DNA from: Crocinitomicaceae bacterium
Lineage (GTDB): Bacteria; Bacteroidota; Bacteroidia; Flavobacteriales_D; Crocinitomicaceae
Length of the DNA: 64,000 nucleotides
Reading direction: 5' to 3'
Assembly: GCA_045107045.1 (NCBI GenBank)
Contig: JBGCFR010000025.1
Location: 1,640 to 65,639 of the forward strand
Under the pieces are notes generated by a model. The model was not told the DNA's origin and searched no databases. It saw only the letters and a program-made list of their open reading frames with translations. The translations under genes were made by a program, and so were the position numbers. Numbering within the stretch: position 1 is the stretch's first letter; each line of letters begins with the position of its first letter. Of this stretch, positions 1-9,248 are shown piece after piece.

Positions 1-450
1 GGAAAGCGTCAATTTTCGCTTACTTATGTAAGTGACCTTGTTGATTCTATAGTTAAAGCTTTGTCAAAAAATATTAAAAATAACACCTATAATGTGGTTA
101 GCAACCCAAAAACCAATATTAATGAAGTTATTGAATATGCGACTGAAATCCTTAATTCTAAAAATGAGCTGATTAATGCAAAACCAGAGTTTTTGAAGAA
201 AAACAAAGTCAGCCAATGGTTTGATATGCCTTTTTGGTTAGATGGAGATTTCTTTACTCATAGTAATCATAAATATATTAACGATTTTGAATTAGAACCA
301 ACAGAATTGAAAAAAAGCATTGAAGAAACTATAAAGTACTATGAAAATTTAGGATGGAAAGAACCCAAATATGGAATGACAGAAAAAAGGAGAATGGAAC
401 TTCTTGAAAAAATTAATAAAAAAACTACAGCTAACAACGTGTATAATTAA
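1..450 (+). CDS. NAD-dependent epimerase/dehydratase-like protein, C-terminal part (5' truncated by window edge)
   Basis: Frame is open from base 1 (GKRQFSLTYVSDLVDSIVKAL...TYNVVS...DMPFWL), resembling the C-terminal half of extended SDR proteins; the stop codon lies inside the attC-like element. Confidence 0.65.
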   Translation, partial: GKRQFSLTYVSDLVDSIVKALSKNIKNNTYNVVSNPKTNINEVIEYATEILNSKNELINAKPEFLKKNKVSQWFDMPFWLDGDFFTHSNHKYINDFELEPTELKKSIEETIKYYENLGWKEPKYGMTEKRRMELLEKINKKTTANNVYN

Positions 451-557
451 TTACTACGGAATTCCTTCGCAGGAATTCACTCGAATTAATTAACTTAGCT
501 CAACGTCGGAAAATCCTAACTGATTTTCCGTAACTAACCATACAAAAACCGTTATAA
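429..557 (+). repeat. attC-like recombination site / imperfect inverted repeat
   Basis: AGCTAAC (429-435) and GTTATAA (551-557) core-like boxes. A 13-bp arm (441-453/531-543) has three A/C mismatches that become G:T pairs on the bottom strand. Two internal hairpins (459-478, 507-530). Confidence 0.6.
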
Positions 558-1043
558 TGCAATAGCCCAACCACTTCTCGAAGAAAAATAACAGGTGAAA
601 TAGCGGTGAAAAAACCACAGTAACCGAAAGTTCAAGGCGGACAGCACCCAAGGCAAACCACAGTATTTTAAAATGCAAAATGTTAGCGGCATTAACTCGG
701 CGGACTGCACCCACAGTTTGGAAAACCAATTCGGTGCGGGGCGACTGACAATTTTATTTGAATTATGTGTGGAAAGTTGCGGTTTAAGTTGGAGCTGACC
801 ATCAGGAAAAAATGTTTGAATTCAAGTAAAAACATTAGTAAGACCGGCTAGTTCCGCCAGCGATAGCCAGGAAATCCGTCGGCCGCACTTTTGTTTTGAG
901 CAGGATGAAATCATTTGTTTGTGCGGGTCTTGAGTTTTTGGTTCGTTTTGTGTCAAGACAAAATGAACGAAAGATGAACGGGAAATTAGAGTAGAATAGG
1001 TGTAAAATTTTAAAAGTTAGTATGTTGGAAAATAAAAAGCATG

Positions 1044-1110
1044 TTACAACAAGCAAAATTTACAGCGAAGCTGTTCGGCATAAATGCCTATTTTTACCCA
1101 AACGTTAGCT
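1044..1110 (+). repeat. second, shorter attC-like site
   Basis: TTACAAC (1044-1050) ... GTTAGCT (1104-1110), with internal hairpins acagc/gctgt (1062-1074) and ggcat/atgcc (1077-1088); outer arm pairing is weak. Confidence 0.4.
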
Positions 1111-1382
1111 ACAATCGACTCTCTTACTTTTAAAGAAAAACCAATCTTGAAATCATTTTCAATACCGCAGTGGTAATATTTGAAAAGACTTACTTAGTTA
1201 GGAGGATGATTTTTACCAAGCCAATTTTTTGATTCTAAATATTGTGGAAATTGTCTCCCAAAATCCAATAGAATATTGATTTTCACTAGATGTACTTTAC
1301 TTTTTGCTAATAGCGAATTAAGAAACATTATTTATTAATGCAACCTTTCAAAAAAAGAATGCATCAATTGAAAAAATAGAAT

Positions 1383-2939
1383 ATGAAAAACTGCGTATTA
1401 TTTGTACTTGTTCTTTTAATTCACTCGAGTGCTTTGTATGCTCAAGATGGAGTACTAGATAATTCATTTGATTCTGATGGAATTGTAACAATGGACATTA
1501 GTAATTCTAATGATGTAATGAAATCTATAATTACACAGCCTGATGGGAAAATAATCGTTGCAGGTTATACATCTGACATGGTTATAGATAATTTCTGCGT
1601 GGCTCGATTTCATAGCAATGGAACAATAGATAATAGTTTTGGAGTAAATGGTATTGTCGTAACCGCATTTCCATCTACTAGCCTAGCTTCTGAGGTTGCC
1701 TTGCAGAATGATGGTAAAATTATAGCTGTCGGTCATACATGGGAAGGTTCAGTAAATAATTTTGCTTTGGCGAGATACAATTCTGATGGGAGCTTGGATG
1801 CTTCATTTGGTAATTCAGGAATAATTAGCACCTCTTTATTTGGAAATAATGCTTTTGCAAAAACATTAAAAGTTCAAAATGATGGTAAAATTATTGTTGG
1901 AGGTATGGTTTTTGATTCACCGCCAGACGGTTCTTCTTTAGCAATTGTAAGGTATAATCAAGATGGAACTTTAGATAATACATTTGGAGGTGGAGGCATT
2001 TCAACAACAGATGTAACACCGGGCTTCGGTTTAACGGCTCTTGATATTCTAAATGATCTAGCTATTCAACAAAACGGAAAAGTAGTTGTTTGTGGAATTT
2101 CAGGACCAGATGGGGTGATATTACGGTATAATTCTGATGGGAATTTAGATCTAAGTTTCGGACTAAACGGAATAAAAACCCACAATTTTTCTACAGGCGG
2201 AATGTCTGTTTTTAATGGGATTGACCTGCAACAAGATGGCAAAATAATTACTGTAGGATTTTCTTCAGGCATGAATGGCATTAGTGATCTACTGGTTATT
2301 AGGTCTAATATAAATGGAGATTTAGATAACACTTTTGGCAACATGGGGATAATATTTACCCCATTGAGTGCAGAGGCAGATGGAGCGGAGGATGTTCTTG
2401 TGCAACAAGACGGTAAAATTTTAGTGGGAGGTAATGTTTCAAATTCCATTTATAAGTTTGCATTAACTAGATACGATACAGATGGAAACCCAGATTTAAC
2501 ATTTGGTACTAATGGACTTGTGCAAACTGAGGTTAACTCAGAGTCTAGCTATCTTAATGCAATTACTATTCAAACTGATGGCAAAATATTAGCAACTGGT
2601 ACAACGGGTTCAACAAATTCTGATATAACAATTATTAGATACTCTTCGTCAATATTGTCTTCATCAAATCCTATACCTTTATTCGAAAATGCTTCAATTT
2701 ATCCTAATCCTACGTCAGATAATGTAAGTATCACTTTTATGTCAAAACAAGAAGGCGTAATATCTATAAAACTATTTGACATGAGTGGCCGATTATTACT
2801 TGAAAAAAACTACCCTTCATTAATACCTGGAATAAAAAATACAAAAACACTTCAATTAGAAGTTTACTCAGAAGGAATCTATTTTATTGGTATTAGCACA
2901 TCCAATACAAGTCGAATATTTAAGGTTGTGAAAAAATAA
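1383..2939 (+). CDS. T9SS-secreted delta-60 repeat beta-propeller protein
   Basis: Signal peptide; about 7 repeats of DGxLDxSFGxxG / QxDGKIIVxG; C-terminal IYPNPTSD...GIYFIGI...KVVKK sorting domain. Confidence 0.9.
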   Translation: MKNCVLFVLVLLIHSSALYAQDGVLDNSFDSDGIVTMDISNSNDVMKSIITQPDGKIIVAGYTSDMVIDNFCVARFHSNGTIDNSFGVNGIVVTAFPSTSLASEVALQNDGKIIAVGHTWEGSVNNFALARYNSDGSLDASFGNSGIISTSLFGNNAFAKTLKVQNDGKIIVGGMVFDSPPDGSSLAIVRYNQDGTLDNTFGGGGISTTDVTPGFGLTALDILNDLAIQQNGKVVVCGISGPDGVILRYNSDGNLDLSFGLNGIKTHNFSTGGMSVFNGIDLQQDGKIITVGFSSGMNGISDLLVIRSNINGDLDNTFGNMGIIFTPLSAEADGAEDVLVQQDGKILVGGNVSNSIYKFALTRYDTDGNPDLTFGTNGLVQTEVNSESSYLNAITIQTDGKILATGTTGSTNSDITIIRYSSSILSSSNPIPLFENASIYPNPTSDNVSITFMSKQEGVISIKLFDMSGRLLLEKNYPSLIPGIKNTKTLQLEVYSEGIYFIGISTSNTSRIFKVVKK

Positions 2940-3179
2940 CTATTTGTAGAAAACATTGAGTTCAATTAACACTATCTAATTATTCTAGTGACTGCAATGG
3001 AATCCTTCAGTCGAAACCAATAATTATACGAATTTTGGTTCGTTTATTACTTAAGTACTTATTTTCAAAGTTAGTCATTACGTACTCGTACTGCAGAGTT
3101 TAATTAAGATAAAATGAATAAAGGCTCGAAGGGAGGAGGTGCGTCTGTAATGTGTTCAAGATTCTGAAAATAAAGCAGT

Positions 3180-3297
3180 AGCTAGCAACAGTTAAATTCA
3201 ATTTGCATTTACAATCAAGCGTTTTAGTTCTCTGAAAGTGACACTAAAACATGGTTTAGAATAATAAAATAGCTAGTTAAGCTAAACAATGCTATGG
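3180..3297 (+). repeat. degenerate attC-like site
   Basis: AGCTAGC (3180-3186) ... GCTATGG (3291-3297) around a perfect 8-bp hairpin gttttagt/actaaaac (3221-3250); similar length to the 429-557 element. Confidence 0.3.
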
Positions 3298-3484
3298 CGG
3301 TTATCTAATTACAGTCTGCGCGAATGCAAACAGAAATTTAGTCAGGCGTAATCACTATAAATACGATAGAATAGTTTCAGGAATTACCCTTAAAAATTCA
3401 GACATTGATTATTAGTAACGGGTAGGAGCAACCACAGACCCCTCATGGCAAGGCTGAAAGATAAAAATTTATCAAGCTACCAAA

Positions 3485-3784
3485 ACTTGCGCGAAAGCGC
3501 TCAGCTTATCTCCTAATTATTTAAGCGATCTTTTAAAAAAAGAAACAGGAAAAACAACGCTTGAACATATTCACCTTTTCTTAATTAAGAAAGCTAAAAA
3601 TAATCTGCTAAATTCATCAGCAACTATTAGTGAAATAGCCTACTCCCTCGGATTTGAATATCCGCAAAGGTTTAGTAATTTGTTTAAATCAAAAACAGGT
3701 ATGAGTCCAATGCAATACAGGCATTTGTTAAGGCATCCAATTAATAACACATGGCAAAGAACAAAACAAAGGAAACCGAAGTGA
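3485..3784 (+). pseudogene. AraC-family regulator remnant (HTH domain only, no start codon)
   Basis: Manual translation: CAKALSLSPNYLSDLLKKETGKTTLEHIHLFLIKKAKNNLLNSSATISEIAYSLGFEYPQRFSNLFKSKTGMSPMQYR; in-frame TGA at 3455-3457 with no ATG before the domain. Confidence 0.85.
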
Positions 3785-3933
3785 ATGTAATTGATTTATT
3801 GATTCATATGTTGGCAATGAGCAAAAGAGAATCGATAGTTATGAGCATAGTTAATTGTTGCGGGTGATTAATTAATTGTGCTAAACATAACATCTATTGT
3901 TCTCAATATGATGAGATGTTTTCAACTATTAGT

Positions 3934-3941
3934 TATATTTG
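3934..3941 (+). promoter_or_regulatory. Bacteroidota -7 promoter element TATATTTG
   Basis: Exact TAnnTTTG 15 nt upstream of ATG 3957. Confidence 0.55.
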
Positions 3942-3956
3942 GTAAAAGCAAATTGT

Positions 3957-4292
3957 ATGAATAGATTAATTGTGTTCTTACTAGTGGTAACAGTTGTAAA
4001 TTGCTCTAAATCGATAGCTCAAAACCCAAACATGCCCAATTATGATGGAGATTGGGAATCTAAAATTCATCCATTATCTTTTAGTTGTAAAATTGGAATT
4101 TCGTCTAACAATGAATTTAAGGTTTCACTCAGTAATTACCAGAAAGTATTTGATGAGAAAATTACTTCAACCACTTCAGATAAAGTTTCTATAAGTTTTT
4201 TAGAGGTTTATGATTTTACAGGAAGGTTTAACAAAGACAAAAGCAAGCTTGAGGAGTTTCTTAAAATTAGAAATGATGAGAAGAAAGTATAG
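3957..4292 (+). CDS. secreted hypothetical protein, possibly truncated
   Basis: Signal-peptide-like N-terminus MNRLIVFLLVVTVV; ATG 3957 preferred to the TTG at 3939, which lies inside the promoter. Confidence 0.5.
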   Translation: MNRLIVFLLVVTVVNCSKSIAQNPNMPNYDGDWESKIHPLSFSCKIGISSNNEFKVSLSNYQKVFDEKITSTTSDKVSISFLEVYDFTGRFNKDKSKLEEFLKIRNDEKKV

Positions 4293-4327
4293 ATTACCTT
4301 AAGTAGAATTTGAAAAAACAAAGAACA

Positions 4328-4648
4328 ATGATAGCAAAAACACCAAAGCCACCATATTATGCAGTAATTTTTAGTTCTATCAATACAGAACATATAGCTG
4401 ATTATTCTGATATGGCTGATAAAATGGTTGAATTGGCCAGTCGTCAAGAAGGTTTTCTTGGTGTCGAAAGTGCAAGAAATGAACTTGGCATTACGGTGTC
4501 ATATTGGAAAGATTTGGATTCAATCAAAAAATGGCGCAACAATGCTGAACATTCCGTAGCAAGAGAAAGAGGACGAAATGAATGGTATAAGGCTTTCAAA
4601 ACAAGAATTTCGCTGGTGGAAAGAGATTATGGATTTGAAGCAGAATAA
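4328..4648 (+). CDS. antibiotic biosynthesis monooxygenase (ABM) family protein
   Basis: PPYYAVIFSS...GFLGVESAR...GITVSYWKDLDSIKKWR...EH..AR..GR..WY; start is ATG 4328 or TTG 4310. Confidence 0.9.
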   Translation: MIAKTPKPPYYAVIFSSINTEHIADYSDMADKMVELASRQEGFLGVESARNELGITVSYWKDLDSIKKWRNNAEHSVARERGRNEWYKAFKTRISLVERDYGFEAE

Positions 4649-4728
4649 CAGAGACTAAATGTTCAGTTTTTACATTTATTAATTATTCCTTACATTGGTA
4701 ATATCATTGTTAACCATAAACTGACAAT

Positions 4729-6211
4729 ATGAAAAAAGTGCTATTAACGGCCTTAATTTTGTTAACCATTTTAGAGGCTAAATCGCAAACTATAATAAAT
4801 CCTGAATGGGTTAAAACCGAGTTTGGATCAGTTAATAATTTAGCTGAAGCATGGGGGTGTTGATGTAGATGCTAGGGGTAATGTGTATTGGGCATTTAAC
4901 TCAAATAATCTTAACCAGGGGTTAGACTTAACCTGTAAAAAGTATAACACTATTGGTGTTGAACAATGGAGTACGCCGTTCTTTTACGGTGGGTCTGGTA
5001 CACAACAATCGTACATTGTAAATGTAGGTGAAACTGCGCTCTATATTGGCGGTAGAGAATGCACAGGCTTGACAAATACCTGTGATATGCTGCTATTAAA
5101 AATTAATAAAAACAACGGCACTTTGATTTGGAACGAAACCATGAATTTTAGTGGAAATGGCTATGATGAATTGGATGGTTTAGCTTTAAAAGATGATGGC
5201 ATCTATTGTGGCGGTTGGGCACATGAACTGGAAAGCGGCACTTTTAATGCCGATATGGGATTTTGGAAATTAGATTATAGTGGCAATACTATATGGACAA
5301 ATTATTTAGGTCAAACTGGCTCAGCAGAGCACCAAGATGGTCATTTTGTAGTTGATGATAATTACATTTTTGCGGCAGGATTATGGAATGGTAGTGGCGC
5401 CTTTAATTTATATAATGGACATTCGATAGTTGGTAGATTCGATAAGTCAAATGGCGCAATGGTAGACACTACTTTATTTGGGCCTCAGTCCAATAATTTT
5501 CTTGATATTGAAAATGCACTTGGCATGACAAGTAGTGGTGACTTTTTATACATTACGGGATATACAACCCCTATTGCAGCCAACGATTGGCAGATATTTG
5601 TAGCGAAATATGATAAAAATTTAAACCAAATTTGGTACACCGATTGGGGTGGTACTGACGCCGAATCAGCTAGGGGTATAACAGTTGTAGATGATGTTAT
5701 TTATGTGGCAGGTCTATCATCTTCTCCTTCAATTATTTCGGGTGGACTTAGGGACGCGGTTTTACTAAGGCTAGATACCTCAGGTAATGTATTGTCTTAC
5801 GAAACTTGGGGAGATGCTAACGAAAATTCATTCCGTGATATTTATGTGGATAACAACGCAATTTATTTGTCAGGAACTTCTGAAATAGATACGACAACTG
5901 ATCAGAAATCAGCATTTTTATTAAAAGTTGCCAATGGAATCGGAGGTACAGGTAAAATTGCCAATGACAATAAAATAGGTTTCAATGTTAGTCCTAATCC
6001 TTCAAATGGAGAAGTTCAAATTCTATTTAATAATAATCAACATGAAGAAGGATTAGTAAATGTCACAGATGTGAATGGTAGGGTAATCATGAGTAAAATA
6101 TTTAGTGATAACGTAGAAAATATTGATTTTAGGATAACCAATAGCGGCATTTATTTTATTACTGTTGAATTTGAAAAATACCGAATCTCGAAAAAGGTGA
6201 TTATTAATTAG
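4729..6211 (+). pseudogene. T9SS-secreted beta-propeller protein interrupted by a +1 frameshift in a G5 run
   Basis: ATG 4729 gives signal peptide MKKVLLTALILLTILEAKSQ...EAWGC-stop; deleting one G at 4853-4857 gives AWGVDVDARGNVYWAF, in frame with ORF 4883-6211, which ends in a T9SS CTD (VSPNPSNG...GIYFITV). Confidence 0.8.
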
Positions 6212-6316
6212 TCGTAAAATAAATTCGTTAGTATTTGGATTTATCATGCAACAAATAGGATTTCCATTTGCTGTTCGAAATTGGATTTAAATGTGCTCAG
6301 TTATTTTTAAATTCAA

Positions 6317-7318
6317 ATGATGAAAAAAACTAGCACAATCATTCCTGGATTTATTATTTCGATTTGCATTGGTTTAATTTCTTTTAATACTACTACAATT
6401 GGTGAAATTGGAAAATGGGAGATGCCTAAAGTTCAATTTCCAATTGATAATCCATTTTCAATCGAAAGTATAGAATTAGGTAATGCTTTATTTGGTGAAC
6501 GTTTATTTTCGCAAGACACTTCTATAAGCTGCCAAGGCTGTCACATGACACATATGGCACTTACAGATCAATTAAAAGTTGGTAAAGGTGTTTTTGATAG
6601 AGAAGTAACTAGAAACACACCAACACTTAATAATATTGGTCTGCACCCTTATTTGATGCGAGATGGTAAATTCCAAACATTGGAAGAGCAAGTTTTGGCC
6701 CCATTGGAGGACCACCGTGAGTTTAATATAGAAGTTAATGAATTAATGGACCGATTGAAGTCGGTTTCTTATTTAGATGCAATGAGTCAAAAGGCCTATG
6801 GTTCAGATTTAACTATTGAGATTATTCAAAAAGCAATTGCTAACTTTCAACGCGTTTTGGTATCTAAAGACACTCCCTTTGATGCCTACATGAACGGGGA
6901 TGGAACAGCTATTTCGGTTAGTGCAAAAAACGGTTATCAGCTTTTTAAAAGTGATAGACTTAACTGTATAAAATGCCACAGTGGTTTCGATTTTACCAAC
7001 TATTCGTTTCAAAACAATGGCACCTACGAAATCTATAATGACAAAGGAAGGGCAATTATCACGAATAATAAAGAGGATATAGGAAAATTTAAGGTGCCAA
7101 CCCTAAGAAACCTAAAGCTCACTTTTCCATATATGCACAATGGTTCATTTCAATCATTAGAAGATGTTATAAGTCATTATAAGAATGGGGGAGCGAATTC
7201 TAAAAACAAGTCACCACTAATTCGTGGATTTGAATTAACGGCTACCGAACAAAAAGACCTGATTGAATTTCTAAATTCGCTTACAGAGTATAGGTTCCTA
7301 CAAATAGATGATAATTAG
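6317..7318 (+). CDS. di-heme cytochrome c peroxidase / MauG-family protein
   Basis: Two CxxCH motifs (CQGCH, CIKCH), RNTPTLNN, GKFKVPTLRNL..TFPYMHNGS. Confidence 0.92.
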   Translation: MMKKTSTIIPGFIISICIGLISFNTTTIGEIGKWEMPKVQFPIDNPFSIESIELGNALFGERLFSQDTSISCQGCHMTHMALTDQLKVGKGVFDREVTRNTPTLNNIGLHPYLMRDGKFQTLEEQVLAPLEDHREFNIEVNELMDRLKSVSYLDAMSQKAYGSDLTIEIIQKAIANFQRVLVSKDTPFDAYMNGDGTAISVSAKNGYQLFKSDRLNCIKCHSGFDFTNYSFQNNGTYEIYNDKGRAIITNNKEDIGKFKVPTLRNLKLTFPYMHNGSFQSLEDVISHYKNGGANSKNKSPLIRGFELTATEQKDLIEFLNSLTEYRFLQIDDN

Positions 7319-7403
7319 ATTGAAATATGCGCTTTGCTAATTGCGAGTAACTGAATTTTGTTTAACAAATTTTGTTTTTAATATAAATAGTAGTATAATT
7401 GCA

Positions 7404-7419
7404 TACCGAACGGTCGGTA
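7404..7419. promoter_or_regulatory. putative TetR operator (near-palindrome taccgaacggtcggta)
   Basis: GC-rich near-palindrome in AT-rich DNA, 13 nt upstream of an operon ending in a TetR gene. Confidence 0.6.
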
Positions 7420-7432
7420 CTTAATCTACATT

Positions 7433-7873
7433 ATGAAAAAAAAATCGTTATTAATGCTGTTGTTACTTGCATTATCAATTTCCAATTTATCCGTTTCTCT
7501 TCAATATAAAGGGAAGTTGGACGTAAATATTAACCATATAAAAAATAAAAAGGGGCATATAGTAGTTGCATTATTTAAAAATGCAAAGGGCTTTCCTGAA
7601 GATACAGATCAGGCCTTTAGGATAAAAAAAATTCGAGCGTCAGAAATACGACATCAAATCAGTTTTTACAATGTAGAACCAAATAATTACGCCCTTGCAG
7701 TTTTTCATGACGAAAATAGTAATGGAAAGTTAGATGTAAATTTCTTTGGAATTCCCACCGAAGGTATGGCAGTTTCAAATAATATCGACGGAAGTTGGTC
7801 AGCACCAAGTTTTGCAGAAGCCAAATTTACTTTTACAAAAAATCATTCGCTTATAATAAATATAATCAATTAA
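7433..7873 (+). CDS. DUF2141 family protein
   Basis: GxIVVALF..AKGFP...YALAVFHDENSNGKLDVNFFGIPTEGMAVSNN...APSFAEAKF. Confidence 0.9.
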   Translation: MKKKSLLMLLLLALSISNLSVSLQYKGKLDVNINHIKNKKGHIVVALFKNAKGFPEDTDQAFRIKKIRASEIRHQISFYNVEPNNYALAVFHDENSNGKLDVNFFGIPTEGMAVSNNIDGSWSAPSFAEAKFTFTKNHSLIINIIN

Positions 7874-7945
7874 AACAGGTTCACCAATTATCAATAGCAC
7901 CCTTAAAATTTTAACTTTTTTAAAATAACGTTTTAAAACTTTGAC

Positions 7946-8446
7946 ATGACACATTCTAAAATACTGTATACTTTATTAATTATTTCATCAATAAATCTCA
8001 CCTTGATGGTTCCAGGTGGCCCTGTTGAAACACGCGATTTTTCACATATTAATGCTTCAATATTGAGTGCTTTTAACATTTTTCTTACCGCATTAGGAAT
8101 GGTGAGTTTATTCTTACCCTATTTCATATATAAACAACAAAATTGGGCCATACGAATAGCATTTTTATGCGGAATTAGTTATTTAACTGTATTCGGAATT
8201 GATTTAATAAAGTTATTTCCAAAATCTCCAACACCAATGCCAGTTTCCTTGCTAATCATGGAAGTGTTAGGAATTATTTTATCTATTCCGCTGATATATT
8301 ATTCTATTAAAAAAATGAAAGATGCTACAATTAGTCAAAAAGCCATTAGACTTTCAAAAATGAGCTATCTTCTTATAGGAGTAGTTATTATAATTGCATT
8401 ATTTATTATTATTTTTGCAACAAATGCTGCAATGACAAGTAATTAA
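7946..8446 (+). CDS. integral membrane hypothetical protein
   Basis: About 5 hydrophobic segments; stop overlaps the TetR start (TAATG). Confidence 0.75.
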   Translation: MTHSKILYTLLIISSINLTLMVPGGPVETRDFSHINASILSAFNIFLTALGMVSLFLPYFIYKQQNWAIRIAFLCGISYLTVFGIDLIKLFPKSPTPMPVSLLIMEVLGIILSIPLIYYSIKKMKDATISQKAIRLSKMSYLLIGVVIIIALFIIIFATNAAMTSN

Positions 8447-8988
8447 TGGAGACAAAAGAAAAGATATTGTTAACTTCTTATAAAGTGTTTATTAATAATG
8501 GGTATCACAATACATCCATGCAGCAATTGGTAAATGAAACGAAATTGTCTAAAGGTGCGTTTTATCATCACTTTCGCAATAAAGATGAATTATATCGGCA
8601 AGTTATAAATGAGTATTTTTTGTCTTTTTACAAAGCAATTGATTGGGATCAATATAATCAAGTTAAACTAACGTATAAACAGATTGAATTTGAAATTCAA
8701 AAATTCTATTTAAATTTTGTACCTCAAATCTTATCAATTACTCAAAATGGAATGTCAGGATATTATATAATGTATTTTGAAGCTTATAATAAACTACCTG
8801 AATTCAAAAAAGAAGTTCAGAAATTTTATAGTAATCTTGAAGCACTCTTGATCAAGGCAAATAGTAATGAAGGTGAGTCGTTAAAAAAAGCAACACAAAT
8901 TATTTCTAAATATGAAGGAATATTGTTCCTTTTGGCAATTGATCCGAGTTTGAAAATAGAAAAATTAGTTGCTCAAATATCTGAATAA
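8446..8988 (+). CDS. TetR/AcrR family transcriptional regulator
   Basis: TKEKIL...F..NGYHNTSMQQLV....LSKGAFYHHFRNKDELY helix-turn-helix. Confidence 0.95.
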   Translation: METKEKILLTSYKVFINNGYHNTSMQQLVNETKLSKGAFYHHFRNKDELYRQVINEYFLSFYKAIDWDQYNQVKLTYKQIEFEIQKFYLNFVPQILSITQNGMSGYYIMYFEAYNKLPEFKKEVQKFYSNLEALLIKANSNEGESLKKATQIISKYEGILFLLAIDPSLKIEKLVAQISE

Positions 8989-9248
8989 AATCTATTTTGT
9001 TCTTACTGGTGAATTATAACATAAGTTGAAATGCTTGATGATAAAATTCCCAAATTTTGTACTTTTAATTGGAATTTAAAATACAAGTGCAAAGGTTTAA
9101 TATATTTATACTCTAAATGACTGATGGAAGAATTAAATCGTGGGAATTACTTCCAAACTCACTAAAAGTATGCTGACATTTTATTAAACTTGCTGAAATT
9201 TATTACGCCATATAAATAATATGGTTTTTCAATTAAATTACTAAAAAT

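Noticed and set aside
490-1056. ORFs 490-729 and 835-1056 on the - strand
   Set aside because: No recognisable domain; they lie over the hairpin-rich repeat region and are not an integrase or transposase fragment.
4858-4872. TGA readthrough/selenocysteine rescue of the 4729 ORF
   Set aside because: Readthrough meets TAG three codons later and the downstream domain is in another frame; a frameshift explains it.
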